Of a DNA stretch of 64,000 nucleotides, positions 1 through 12,559 are shown in pieces. The translations under genes were made by a program, and so were the position numbers. The DNA lies in assembly GCA_002104905.1 (NCBI GenBank), contig MCFE01000382.1, positions 19,916 to 83,915 of the forward strand, in the 5' to 3' direction. The stretch is from Basidiobolus meristosporus CBS 931.73 (taxonomy: Eukaryota > Fungi > Basidiobolomycota). The notes beneath the pieces were generated by a model. It was not told the DNA's origin. It worked only from the letters and a program-made list of their open reading frames with translations, and made no database searches. Within the stretch, counting starts at the first letter, position 1. Every line of letters starts with the position of its first letter.

Positions 1-558
1 AAATCTTCAGTTCTGGACTCTAGGGCTGATACAAGGCCCTGAAGCTTTTCTGTCAGGCTATTCAGGATGGTAACTATTGCATCTTCATCAGTAGTTGGTA
101 TGCCCACAGATTCCATCTCATCTACCAGCAGGGTAATTCTGTTAATTTGGTTAATCATTTCTTCTCCTGGCAGCATCTTTGTAGCAAAGAACTTTTGTCT
201 CAGATAAATTTTCTTAGCAGCTGAACATGACTGGTAGGTGTCTTCTAATGCATTCCAGGCATTCTTTGCCATTTTTACTCTTGAGCATTGAATTAGCAAT
301 ATGTCCTTGACATTAAGGCAAATGCAGTTAAAGGCATGTTGTTCTTTCTTCTGGTACTTTAAGGCTTCCTCTCCCACATTTTTAGGAGGGGATTCTTCTC
401 CCATGACAATATCCCAAAGGCCTCTTTCTTGTAGCTGTATCTTCATCTTCACCTTCCACACTTGGTAGTTAGATCCATCCAACTTTTCAGCAGGGGGAAA
501 TATTCCAGTAATTGCAGTAGTAGACACTGCAGAGAGTGACAGCTTGAGGCTCATAACC
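1..558 (-). pseudogene. Ty1/copia gag fragment (5' end of a minus-strand element that continues beyond the window start)
   Basis: Reverse complement aligns with the gag region at ~970-1527 (reads ...TTAITGIFPPAEKLDGSNYQVWKVKMK...). GGTTATGAGCCT primer-binding site at 547-558 on the minus strand. Confidence 0.9.
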
Positions 559-968
559 TGTTTTAAGAGTTTTGGAGATATTGGAAGTGATTGGGAGAAC
601 AGGTAGATTATGTGGTTTTTGTTGTAAAAATTTGTATTTCCACCTAAATATTCACCTAACTTAGTCACTTAGATCATCACCTTCAAATCCTAGAGAATAC
701 TGACCAAATTCCTTGTTGGGATTTACTTAGAATATTTTCACCAAAATACCAGGTACCCAGAACATGAGAATTGTCAAAGTTGTCCAAACAGCCCCAAACC
801 TTACACACATGATCTTGGGACCTTTCTTAACCTATTTTACATGTTTGTAATGCCAAGACCAGGTAAAAGTATAAATACTACTTTTACTTTCAATAAATCA
901 TTAAGTGAGAACCACATAATCTACTTGCCCTCCCAATCACTTTCAATATCTCCAAGACTCTTACAACA

Positions 969-980
969 GGTTATGAGCCC
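969..980 (+). promoter_or_regulatory. Primer-binding site complementary to the anticodon arm of initiator tRNA-Met (half-tRNA priming, copia/Ty5 type)
   Basis: GGTTATGAGCCC directly after the LTR's terminal CA. Complementary to GGGCUCAUAACC of fungal tRNAiMet. Confidence 0.85.
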
Positions 981-999
981 CAAGCTGTCACTCTCTGCA

Positions 1000-3900
1000 A
1001 TGTCTACAACTGCTATTACTGGAATTTTCCCTCTGCTGAAAAGTTGGATGGATCTAACTACCAGGTGTGGAAGGTGAAGATGAAAATGCTGCTACAAGAA
1101 AGAGGCCTTTGGGATATTGTCATGGGAGAAGAATCCCCTCCTAAAAATGTGGGAGAGGAAGCCTTAAAGAACCAGAAGAAAGAACAAAGTGCCTTTAACT
1201 GCATTTGCCTTAATGTCAAGGACAAATTGCTAATTCAATGCTCAAGAGCAAAAACGGCAAAGAATGCCTGGAAAGCTTTAGAAGACACCTACCAGTCATG
1301 TTCAGCTGCTAAGAAAATGTATCTGAGACAAAAGTTCTTTACTGCAAAGATGCTACCAGGAGAAGAAATGAAGAATCTAATTAACAGAATTACCCTGCTG
1401 GTAGATGAGATGGAATCTGTGGGCATACCAACTACTGATGAGGATGTGATAGATACCATCCTGAATAGCCTGACAAACAAGTTTCAAGGCCTTGTATCAG
1501 CCCTAGAGTCCAGAACTGAAGATTTGACCTTAAATTACGTATATGGAAGGCTCTTGGATGAAGAATTAAGAAAATCAAGCGCAAATAAGAAGGAAGAAGA
1601 AAATGCTTTAATAAGCAATGATAACCAACAAAGGAAGTACCCAGGACCCTACAAAGGCAACAGCAACCTGTTTTGTAACTACTGCAAAAGGAAAGGACAC
1701 ACCAGACCGGTGTCTCAAAAAGAAAGATAATCAGCAAAAGAAGCCTGAATATGGAAATGCTGCAACCACTGAAGATAGACTATTCATATCTGCACTAAAT
1801 ATGACCACAAACAAGAATTCTCAGATGTGGTATATTGACTCTGGAGCTTCTCAATACTTTACCCACAAAAAGAACTTTTTACCCAATATCAAGAAATTCC
1901 AATTAAGAAGGTTTTCATCAGTGACAATAAAACACTTGATGCAGTGGGAGAAGGAACTATCCAAGTAAACCTAAGAAGCAGTGAAGGAAGCCATACACTG
2001 ACCTTTAAAGAAGTACTCTATGTACCAGAAATAGCCAAGAACCTACTATCTGTAAGCAAGGCCACAGCAGAAGGACTCAGTTTCAGTTTTGACAATTCTG
2101 GATGCAGGATCACTGATCAAAATGGTGCCCATATTGCTTTGGGCATCAGAGATCAGAATCTATACAAGATGACTTATATTCCATCATATCTGGAAGCCAA
2201 TATAAGTAACTTAAATGAAGAAACACCAATGCTTTGGCACAGGAGATTTGGACACATCAATTTTGATTATTTGCGCAAAATGATCAAAGATCAGCTAATT
2301 TCTGGAGTGAAAATTGATCCCCCAGCTAATTTGGAGCACTGTGAAGCCAGCATATATGGGAAACAAGCCTGAGAACCGTTCAAGAGCTCTGGGTTAATCA
2401 AAACTAAGAAAAAATTAGATCTAATTCACTCAGATCTGTGTGGACCTATGCAAAATTTATCCTCAGGCGGGATGAAGTATTTAATCACCTTTATTGATGA
2501 TTATAGAAGATACACATGGGTCTACTTCATGGAAAAAAAGGAAGAAGCTCTGTCTAAGTTCAGGGAGTTTAAAGCCATGGTGGAGAGAAAAACTGGCGAA
2601 AAAATCAAGAAAATACGCTCTGACAATGGTGGAGAATATACCTCAAAACTCTTCATCCACTTATGCAAAATTCATGGGATAAAGCAAGAGACTACTGTAC
2701 CATACTCCCCACAGCAAAATGGAGTAGCAGAGCAAGCTAACAGATCAATAATTGATATGGCAAGATCTATGATCCATGATCAAAAATTATCCTACGTTTT
2801 TTGGGCGGAATCAGTTGCCACTGCTGTATACCTTAAAAATAGGAGTTATAACAGAATACTTCGTGATTCTACTCCATTTGAAGCTTGGCATGGATACAGA
2901 CCAAGTGCAGAACATCTAAGAATATTTGGGTGTACAGCATATGCCAAAAAACTGGCCGGAAATCAGTCAAAATTTGAGCCAAAAAGTGAAAAATGCATAT
3001 TTTTGGGCTACTGCAATGAGAGTAAGGCATACAGACTCTACAATACAAAAGCAAAGAAGCTGATCAAGTCCAGGGATGTGTTGTTTGATGAAAATTCAAA
3101 ATTTTCACATGAAATGACATCAGATGATGACAAAAATCTGATCTCAAGTCCACCAATTGTCAGGATTGAATCAGAGCAAAACTATGAAAATTTTTTCACT
3201 CCAGAGGACTCTACAACTGTGGTTCAGCCAGAATCAGTGCCTAGGAATATCCCAGAGGTGATCATTCCAGTATCAGATGCCCGGAGATCCAATCAGACAA
3301 GAAATAGCCCAAATTACTATATTAATGAGGGTACAAACTTAGCCTATGCCTATTCAGTCCATGTTGATGAACCCCAGACTGTAAAAGAGGCCCTAAATAG
3401 CCCTCAGACAAAGTTTTGGAGATCTGCAATGAATGAGGAATATCAGGCCCTGATGGAAAATCAAACTTGGGACTTAGTCAAATTACCAATCAACCAAAAA
3501 TCAATTGGATGCAGATGGGTCTTCAAGACAAAATACAAGGCTGATGGTACAATTAAAAGATACAAAGCAAGACTTGTAGCCAAAGGAAACTCTCAAACAA
3601 AAGGACTTGACTATACTGAGACCTTTGCACCGGTAGCCAAGCTTAATTCCATCAGATTAATACTGGCTATTGCAGCCAAATATAAGTTTTTTATTCATCA
3701 AATGGATGTAAAAACTGCATTTTTGAATGGATAACTTGATGAGGACATGTATATGGACCAGCCTGATGGGTTTGTTGACCAAGATAACCCCCATTTGGTC
3801 TGAAAGCTTAAAAAGTCACTATATGGTCTCAAATAATCACCAAGAGCCTGGAATTGCAAGATAGATTCTTATTTAGAATCTTTGAGTTTCAAAAGGAGTA

Positions 3901-4939
3901 ATGCTGACTACAGTATATATTATAAGCCAGATAGAGCAAATCCAGTTCTATTAGCTCTATATGTGGATGATCTTATTATAGCCGCCAATAACCTAGCAAA
4001 ATTGGAAGAGACTAAATCCAGCCTATCTAAGGAGTTCAAGATGTCTGATCTAGGAGAACTCAGTTACTACTTAGGGACAAAGTTCTCCATAGACAGAAGT
4101 ACCCAGACTATCACTCTAAGCCAATCCAAGTATATTCAAGATATACTAAAGAAGTACCAAATGGAAGACTGTAAACTGGCAGCTACCCCAATGGAGACAA
4201 ACCTTAACTTGGTCAAAACTCAACCAAATCAAGAGAGCTTGGTGCAATCTGAAAGCCCTGACTTTCCTTATCAATCTATGGTTGGCAGTCTGATGTAGAT
4301 CATGCTTGGAACACGTCCAGATATCTCATATTCAGTGGGAGCTGTCAGCCAACATAATCAGAACTATGGATCTGATCATATTGCAGCAGTTAAGCGGATT
4401 TTTAGATACCTAAAAGGAACTGCTGATATCTGCTTAAGATACACTTATAAGGACTCAGAACAGGATTTTGTGGGATACTCTGATGCTGATTGGGGACAAA
4501 ATTTGGAATACAGAAGATCCACCACAGGAGACACCGTTCTTTACTGTAAAGGAGCAATTTCATAGAATCAAGAAAGCAACCAACTGTAGCACTTTCTACT
4601 ACAGAGGCAGAGTATATGGCAGCCTGTGAAGCTACAAAAGAAGCATTATGGTTAAGAAAACTCTTTACAGGTTTAGGCCTATGTCAAAAAACTCCTATTA
4701 CTTTATTTCAAGATAATCAAGGATGTATACAATTAGGTAGAAATCCAACTTTTCATGCTAGAACCAAGCACATAGATTTTGGACATCATTTCATATGTGA
4801 AGCTATAGAGAATAACTTAGTTAGCTTAGTTTACTGTCCTACAGATGAAATGATTGCAGACATATTTACCAAACCATTAGCTAGGGACAAGTTTGAATAT
4901 CTTAGGTCAAAATTAGGACTAGTCAGGATGAACATTTAG
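1000..4939 (+). pseudogene. copia gag-pol polyprotein, broken by frameshifts and stops
   Basis: Gag (NYQVWKVKMK; CNYCKRKGH knuckle), protease (WYIDSGASQY), GAG-pre-integrase (LWHRRFGHIN), integrase (IRSDNGGEY, PYSPQQNGVAE), RT (YKARLVAKG, HQMDVKTAFLNG, LYVDDL), RNase H (GYSDADWG, RTKHID, ADIFTKPL). The ORF track shows it in pieces. Confidence 0.95.
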
Positions 4940-5589
4940 CTGAGTGGGAGTGTTGTAAAAATTTGTATTTCCACCTAAATATTCACCTAACTTAGTCACT
5001 TAGATCATCACCTTCAAATCCTAGAGAATACTGACCAAATTCCTTGTTAGGATTTACTTAGAATATTTTCACCAAAATACCAGGTACCCAGAATATGAAA
5101 ATTCTCAAAGTTGACCAAACAGCCCCACACCTTACACACATGTTCTTGGGACCTTCCTTAACCTATTCTACATGTTTGTAATGCCAAGACCAGGTAAAAG
5201 TATAAATACTACTTTTACATCCAATAAATCATTAAGTGAAAACCACATCATCTACTTGCCCTCCCAATCACTTCCAATATCTCCAAGACTCTTACAACAG
5301 TTTTTACTCAATGAATTATTGAATGTAAAAGTAGTATTTATACTCTTGCCTGGTCTTGGCATTACAAACATGTAGAAAAGGTTAAGGAAGGTTGTAAGAC
5401 CATGTGCACAAAGCTTGGGGCTGTTTGGACAACTTTAAAAATTTTCATGTTCAGGGCACCTGGTATTTTGGTGAAAATATTCTAAGTAGATCCCAAGAAG
5501 GAATTTGGTCATTATTCTCTAGGGTTTGAGGGTATTGATCTAAGTGACTAAAAAAGGTGAATATTTAGGTGAAATTACAAGTCTTTACA

Positions 5590-8299
5590 AAATTTGAGAC
5601 CCTATAGAGCTTTTTTATGCTTGCAGACCAAATGGGGGTTATCTTGGTCAGCAAACCCATCAGGCTAGTCCATATACATGTCCTTATCAAGTTCTTCATT
5701 CAAAAATGCAGTTTTTACATCCACTTGATGAGTAAAAAACTTATATCTAGCTACAATAGCCAATATTAATCTGATGTAATTAAACTTGGTCACTAGCCCA
5801 ATGTCATGATCACATGACAACCACAAACGCCCATGCCAAGTTTCAGCTTCCTAGCTCAATTTCTAAGAGATTCCTTCTGGAATCTTCTACTACCTTCCCA
5901 AAAGTTCCTGACCATTCCAAACCATTGTCACACAATGGAACATTCCATGGAAGCTTCCCATCATATTTTTTATAGTCCAGTACCATATATGGAAATACCA
6001 GGTCACATGACTTAGTCACATGATCAGGTGACCCAATCCATTTCCCCATCCTGTCTCAGTGCCTTGCCTTCTATATTATTATCCCCAGCACTGCTGCTGT
6101 GCCTTACCCCACAACCCCATTAGTATTAGCTAATATCTCTTGGCATCAGTATAGCCAAAAAGTATATATAGTCCTATCCCCCCTTAAGTGTTCCTCAGTC
6201 TGATAAACACAGGTCTTGAATAAACAGCCTTGCCTTGAATCCTGTCTTGCCTTGATGGTCCACACCTAAGTCCTTTCCTGCTGTGCCTAGCTTTTCCTCC
6301 TGCCTTGTGTCTATTCATAACACGCAAAGCTCTCAATATAGTCAAGCCCTTTTGTTTGAACATATCCTTTGGCCACAAGTCTTGCTTTGTATCTTTCATT
6401 TGTACCATTAGCCTTGTATTTTGTCTTCAAGATCCGTCTGCATCCAGTTGGTTTTTGATTGACTGGTCATTTGACTAAGTCCCAAGTTTAATTCTCCATC
6501 AGGGCCTGATATTCATCAGTCATTGCTGATCACTAAGACTTTGTCTGAGGGCTATATACAACCTCTTTTACAGTCTGGGGCTCATCAATGTGGACTGAAG
6601 AGGTGCAGGCTAAGTTTGTACCCTCATTGATATAGTAATTGGGGCTATTTCTTGTCTGGTTGGATCTCTGGGCATTTGATACTGGAGTAATCACTTCTAG
6701 GATAATCCCAGGCACTGCTTCAGGCTGACCCCCATTGTAGAGTCCTCTGGAGTGAAAAGATATTCATTGTTTTACTCTAATACCATCCTCACAATTGGTG
6801 GACATGAGATTAGACTTTCATCATCATCTGATCTTGTTTTTGTGAGAATTTTGAATTTTCATCAAACAGCACATCCCTGCACTTGATAAGCTTCTTTGCT
6901 TTGGTATTTCAGAGTCTGTATGCTTTACTCTCATTGCGGTGACCTACAAATATGCATTTACACTTTTTGGCTCAAACTTTGACTGATTTCTAGGCAGTTT
7001 CTTGGCATGTGCTGTACAAAAGATTCTGCTCTAGATCCTCATAGGTGTACCTTGAGCATATATCAGCAGTTCCATTTAGGTATCTAAAAGTATGCTTAAC
7101 TGCTGCAATATGATCAGATTTATGGCTTGGATTATGCTGGCTGGCAGCTCCCACTGAGTATGTGATATCTGGACATGTTCTAAGCATGCTTTACATCAAA
7201 TTGTAAGCCACAGATGGATACAGAGAGTCAGGGCTTTCAGATAGCACCAAGCTCTGTAGGTTTGGTTGGGTTTTGACCTAGTTAATGTTTGCATCCATTA
7301 GGGGAGCTGTTGGTTTACAGTCTTTCATTTGATACATATTTAGTATATCTTGAATATACCTATATTAGCTTTGGGTGATAGTCTAGGTACTTCTGTCTAT
7401 GAAGAGCTCTATCCCAAAGTAGTAACTGAGTTCTCCTTGTCTGAACATCCAGAATTCTCTAGATAGGCAGGCTTTAGTCTCTTGCAATGATTCAAGGTTA
7501 TTTGTGGCTATAATAAGATCATCCACATATGGAGCTAATAGAGCTGGATTTGCTCTATCTGGCCTATAGTACATACTATAGTCAGCATTATTCCTTGTGA
7601 ACCTCAGAAATTCGAGATCAGTGTCTATCATGCACTTCCAGGCTCTTAGTAACTGTTTGAGTCCATATAGGAAGGATTAAAGCTTGCAGACCAAGTGGGG
7701 GTTACCATGGTCAACAAACCTTTTTAGGCTGGTTTATATACATATCCTCATCAAGTTCTTGATTGAGAAATGCAATTTTTACATCCATTTGATGTATAAA
7801 AACTTATATTTGGCTGCAATAGCCAATTTTAATGTGATGGAATTAAACTGGGCTACCAGTGCAAAGGTCTTAGTATAGTCAGGTCATTTAGTTTAAGAGT
7901 ATCCTTTGGCCACAAGTCTTGCTTTGTATCTTTCAATTGTACCATGAGTCTTGTACTTTGCCTATATATAGTCTGTGAAGCTACAAAAGAAGCAATGTGA
8001 TTAAGGAAGCTTCTTAAAGATTTAGGCTTATGTCAAAAAATGCTTATTACTTTATTTCAAGATAATCAAGGATGCATATAACTAGGTAGAAATCCATCTT
8101 TTGATGCTTGAACTAAGGACATAGAAATTAGACATCATTTCATACTTGAAGCAATAGAGAATAACTTAGTTGACTTAGTTTACTATCCCACAGATGAAAT
8201 GATAGCAGACATACATACCAAACCATTAGATGGAGATAAGTTTGAATATCTTAGGTCAAAATTGGGACTAGTCAGTATAAACATTTAGTTGAGTGGGAG
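5590..8299. mobile_element. Scrambled copia fragments of the same family (RT/IN/RH on minus at 5590-7960; RH 3' end on plus at ~7965-8299)
   Basis: Pieces align with 2950-4450 (reverse complement) and 4610-4950. Small ORFs at 6184, 6533, 6990 and 7383 translate as RT/IN remnants. Confidence 0.85.
5802..6334 (-). repeat. Foreign LTR-like insertion in the copia RT remnant
   Basis: Interrupts copia RT homology. Contains CACATGA and CATATATGG motifs shared with the 21730/45270 LTR family, and a CTTAAGGGGGGATA purine tract on the minus strand. Ends not resolved. Confidence 0.4.
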
Positions 8300-8647
8300 T
8301 GTTGTAAAATCTGTAATTTGGCCTAAATATTCACCTAACTTAGTAACTTAGATCATTACCTCCAAATCCTAGAGAATACTGACCAAATTCCTTGTTGGGA
8401 TATACTTGGAATATTTTCACCATAATAGCAGGTACCCAGAACATGAAAATTCTCAGAGTTGTTCAAGCAGCCCCAAACATGGGACACATGCTCTTGAGAT
8501 CTTCCTTGGCCTATTCTACATGCTTTTTATGCCAAGACCATGTAAAAGTATAAGTACTACTTTTACTTTCAATAAATCATTTAGTGAAAACCACATAATC
8601 TACTTGTTCTCCAAATCACTTCCAATATCCCCAAGACTCTTACAACA
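8300..8647 (+). repeat. copia LTR (3' LTR of a truncated copy)
   Basis: Follows the GAGTGGGAG PPT. TGTTG...CAACA ends. Homologous to 620-968. Confidence 0.9.
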
Positions 8648-8699
8648 CTTACAACACCTTCTGCTATGGCCTTACTTACAGATTGAAGGTTTTTGGCTA

Positions 8700-9320
8700 T
8701 TTCTGGTATATAGAGTACATCTTTGAAGGTAATTATGTGGTTTCCATAACTGTTGCTAAGGTTTACTTGGATAGTTCCTTCTTCAACTGCATCTAGTGTA
8801 CAGTTGTTACCCATGAAACCCTTCTTGATTGGAATTTCCTTATTGGGTAACAAGTTTTTTCTGGTATGTAAAGTGTTGAGATGCTCTTGAGTCAATGAAC
8901 CACTTCTGAGAATCCATGTTTGTGGTCACCTATTGAGCAGAAATGAATAGTTTATCTTCAGTAGTTGCAGCATTTTCACATTGAGGCTTTTTCTGCTGAT
9001 TATCTCTCTTTTCAAGGCACTGGTCTGATTTGTGTCCTTCCCTTTTGCAGTAGTTGCAAAACAGGTGGCTGTTGCCTTTGATGGTTCTTGACTACCTACT
9101 TTGCTGGCTATCATTACATATTAAAGCATTTAGTCTTCCCTCTAAATGATGACTAATTTTCTTAATTCTTCATCCAGGAGCCTTCCATATATGTAATATA
9201 AGGTCAAATCTTCAGTTCAGTACTCAATGGCTGATACAGCACCCTAAAGCCTGTCTATCAGGCAATTCAGGATGGTAACTATTACATCTTCATCAGCAGT
9301 CAGTATGCTCCCAGAGTAGA
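8700..9320 (-). pseudogene. Degenerate copia gag/protease fragment
   Basis: Reverse complement aligns with ~1430-2060. Confidence 0.75.
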
Positions 9321-9321
9321 C

Positions 9322-9761
9322 TTTAAATGGTCTTGGCATAGAAAACATGTAGAGTAGGTTTAGGAAGGTCCCAAGAGCATGTGTGCAAAGCTTGGGGCTG
9401 TTTGGACATCTTTGAGAGCTGTTATGTTCTAGGTATCCGGTATTTTGGTGAAAATATTTGAAGTAAATCCCAAAAAGTAATTTGTCTGTATTCCTTAAGA
9501 TTTGTAGGTAATGATCTGAGTGACTAAGCTAGATGAATATTTAGGTGGAGTTACTTTAGGAAGGTCCCAAGAGCATGTGTGCAAAGCTTGGGGCTGTTTG
9601 GACATCTTTGAGAGCTGTTATGTTCTAGGTACCCGGTATTTTGGTGAAAATATTTGAAGTAAATCCCAAAAAGTAGTTTGTCTGTATTCCTTAAGATTTG
9701 TAGGTAATGATCTAAGTGATTAAGCTAGATGAATATTTAGGAGGAGTTACGAATTTTCACA
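9322..9761 (-). repeat. Partial copia LTR containing a 196-bp tandem duplication (9359-9554 and 9555-9750)
   Basis: Homologous to 620-870 in reverse. The two units differ at about 5 positions. Confidence 0.85.
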
Positions 9762-10449
9762 GCATATATATGGTTATTGAACTCTCCTGGCAAGCTTGTG
9801 AATCTCCCTCACTCCTTGCAATTAAGCTCCTAGAGCAGCAGCCTGGTTTAAACAAGCAATAAACCGTTTACAAAAAAGATACAGGGCTGATGTTTGATCA
9901 TAACACATCGATCGGATCGGATCCAGGCGCAGCCTCGTCCATTGGTTGGGGGAAAATGCAATGAATCTGTATTAGGCCAATGTTGGCGCATTCCACAATA
10001 TTGATTTGAATTTGTTTGGATTTAGCGCTATAAAACCACCTGGCCAATAGTGTTGCCATGGTTATTTCCTTACAGTGTCAGGAACATCGAACAGCAAAAC
10101 CTGTTTGCAACTAATGGTCCACAAACAAACGGATTGTCGTGGCCAGATGGTAATACTACCATTCCTATAAAGCATATACGCATGAGTAATCATTGGCGCT
10201 TGAGACCAGGGGCCTAAGAAGTTCATCAGCCAAGCTACACATCACTTCCTAATATGGACATCCGGGCGCACCTGATCACCTGGTATGGACTTCATTATCC
10301 CATAATTTTAAATGGTCAAAATGACCGAACATGCCACTCCGGTCGCTTCCAAATCGGAAATCCATTAACCACTGCAAGTGCAGTACTTGAAGCTTTGCTG
10401 AGGCCCACATCCACCCTCAACAACCACAGCTATCTTGAACTCAATAGTG

Positions 10450-11467
10450 ATGGCATATGAATTCCATAACCTACTGGTTTCTAGCCTGGCCGCCTTGTTA
10501 ACAAGGCTCATAACCCATCCGTGTAAGAGATTTCCTACTGACAATAAACACTGTTTGTTATCACGAACTCAACCCCTTTGAATCGACAGTGGATACTCTA
10601 AAAACACGCTTGCAAGTTTCCGGAAAAAACCAAGGAATATTTTATACTCTGAGAAAGATCCTAGCGACTGAATCCGTGTGGGCCTTGTACAAAGGGCTAG
10701 GGATTGCCTTGGCATTTAATGCGCCCGCGCTGACCATGTTTCTTAGCGTGTATGATTGGACTAAGCACTTTCTCGAGATTCACTTCAACCTTTCTTCTTT
10801 GTCACTATTCAATCATCTGATATCTGGGTGTATGGCCGAGATAGTGTCAGGTATGTTCTGGACCCCGATGGAAATCATCAAGAGCAAGCTCCAGGTATCG
10901 GGTATGCACCCTGCGATACCCGATGTTATCCAAGAGGAGGACACGGTGGGGTTGACCACGCTGGAGCCAGAGTCTTACTCCAGTCATGGGTATTCGGATA
11001 TAAACACCCTGTCGGTGATTCGTAACATTTTTGAAGTCGAGGGACCGTTGGGCTTCTTTAAGGGCTACTGGCTAAGCCTGCTGGTGTTTATCCCAAACTC
11101 GATGATCTATTTTGCGTTTTACGAATACTTCAAGGGGCTAATTCTGGGCCATGTCTCGACCGCTGCCAGTCCCAATTCCGCCCCCAGCACTCTTCTCACA
11201 GGGCTCATCTACGCTACGTCGGCCATTCTTTCTTGTACCTTAGCAGCTGGCACAAGCAATCTACCCGATGTTATTAAGACCCGCTGGCAGGTTCTTAGCC
11301 AACACGAGCGCGACAGGTTTGGCGGCCCTACGAAGATGGCCATCCATATGTGGGAAACGGAGGGGGGCCTGCTTGCGTTCACCCAAGGGATGGGTGCACG
11401 GATTGCCTTCATGGCGCCAAGCACAGTCATATCCATGACGATATACGATCTGCTGAAATGGCCCTGA
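10450..11467 (+). CDS. Mitochondrial carrier family (SLC25/MCF) protein; exons 10450-10522 and 10590-11467
   Basis: Splicing the GTAAGA...ACAG intron (10523-10589) gives MAYEFHNLLVSSLAALLTRLITHPLDTLKTRLQV. This restores the first Px[DE]xx[KR]x[KR] motif; the other two are PMEIIKSKLQ and LPDVIKTRWQ. Substrate cannot be assigned from sequence alone. Confidence 0.9.
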
Positions 11468-11599
11468 GCATAGCATGCTACAGGTGTGTTTATTGACTTG
11501 TAGAATATCCTCAACGATGCCCACGAACCGCTTCAATAAATTATTCTCCTTATCTACACTTCGTACTAACTGCCGCCAGAAATCCCACCTGGATGCGCC

Positions 11600-12559
11600 C
11601 TAAGCTGCATATTGCAAGTCGCTCACCAGCTGCGCCAGCCACAAAATCAATCTCCCGGGCCAACGCAACAGACACTTGAGAATGGTCGACTTGACAACCA
11701 AGTCTGGTGCCCGACGAGTGGATCCGATCTGGATCGATCCTGCCATCCTTCCCGGAAGGCCTCTTTCTTTCGGAAGCATGCTGAGTAGCCGGTCTAACTG
11801 GATATCTCCCAGGTTGGGGTTCGCTTGCCACACGCGGATTACGCCGTTACCCTCGCCACGTTCTGTGTTTTCCAGATCAGCAGTCTGGGTGAAGCCAAGC
11901 ACACTCAACAAAAGTCGAGTCGAGTCACGCATGAACTCCGGGCCAGCTTGGGTCAGAGAATCATCGAGAAAAGCCCATGTTATCAGGAAGGCTTTGCCAA
12001 ACTGGGTCTCCAAAGTTCGCTTCAGCCCCTTGATGAATGGTGCAGCCCCTAGGACTGGGGTCCATGTGCGCAGAAAGCGGCGCAACTCCCTCGCTCGCTC
12101 GAACATAGAGAGCGCTATTGGCTCTGTTCGGAGTAAGAGTTCGTTGAACTCTTGCTGCGTCTTCAGCTGGTTATTTGCATGCCAAGTGGAACGTATCTGG
12201 TTCTTCTCCTTGATATACAGCTCCCAATCTTCTGGGTAGAGCATTTTCCCCGATTGCAGGCCAATCTCCAGCAAGCGCTCCTCAAGAACGCTCCTGGGGG
12301 TTTTCAATCTCTCTGTCGCTAGCCAATTGAGTACGACCTGGCCGTTGGTTTTGTTGGCGAATTCAACCAAGCCCATCAGCTCGCCGGCGACCGGGTCCTC
12401 GTTCACGTAGAAGTCCACACAGATCCTCCTGAAGTTTTCGAGGTAGGACCTTCTGAGGGCAGGGTTCTCCGCAGGCGAAGAAACATTGCTCGGGGGTTCT
12501 GGCAAAAGAGATTCGGAAGAGGTCTCCATCACGGAATTCAACCTGTCCATTGCACGCAC
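11600..12559 (-). CDS. Hypothetical protein (~316-319 aa)
   Basis: Long ORF with ordinary globular composition inside the gene island; likely ATG at 12550. No domain recognised. Confidence 0.75.
   Translation of the reverse strand: MRAMDRLNSVMETSSESLLPEPPSNVSSPAENPALRRSYLENFRRICVDFYVNEDPVAGELMGLVEFANKTNGQVVLNWLATERLKTPRSVLEERLLEIGLQSGKMLYPEDWELYIKEKNQIRSTWHANNQLKTQQEFNELLLRTEPIALSMFERARELRRFLRTWTPVLGAAPFIKGLKRTLETQFGKAFLITWAFLDDSLTQAGPEFMRDSTRLLLSVLGFTQTADLENTERGEGNGVIRVWQANPNLGDIQLDRLLSMLPKERGLPGRMAGSIQIGSTRRAPDLVVKSTILKCLLRWPGRLILWLAQLVSDLQYAA

Larger units (their letters stand above)
620..5299 (+). mobile_element. Full-length, disabled Ty1/copia LTR retrotransposon
   Basis: 349-bp LTRs at 620-968 and 4951-5299 (TGTTG...CAACA). 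5-bp TSD GTTTT at 615-619 and 5300-5304. PBS at 969-980, purine tract GAGTGGGAG before the 3' LTR. Domain order gag-PR-IN-RT-RH. Confidence 0.96.
559..5589 (-). repeat. 5' LTR of the minus-strand copia, split into 559-619 and 5300-5589 by the 620-5299 insertion
   Basis: Both pieces are reverse-complement homologous to LTR 620-968 and join across the GTTTT duplication. TG..CA ends at 5589 and 559. Confidence 0.85.
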
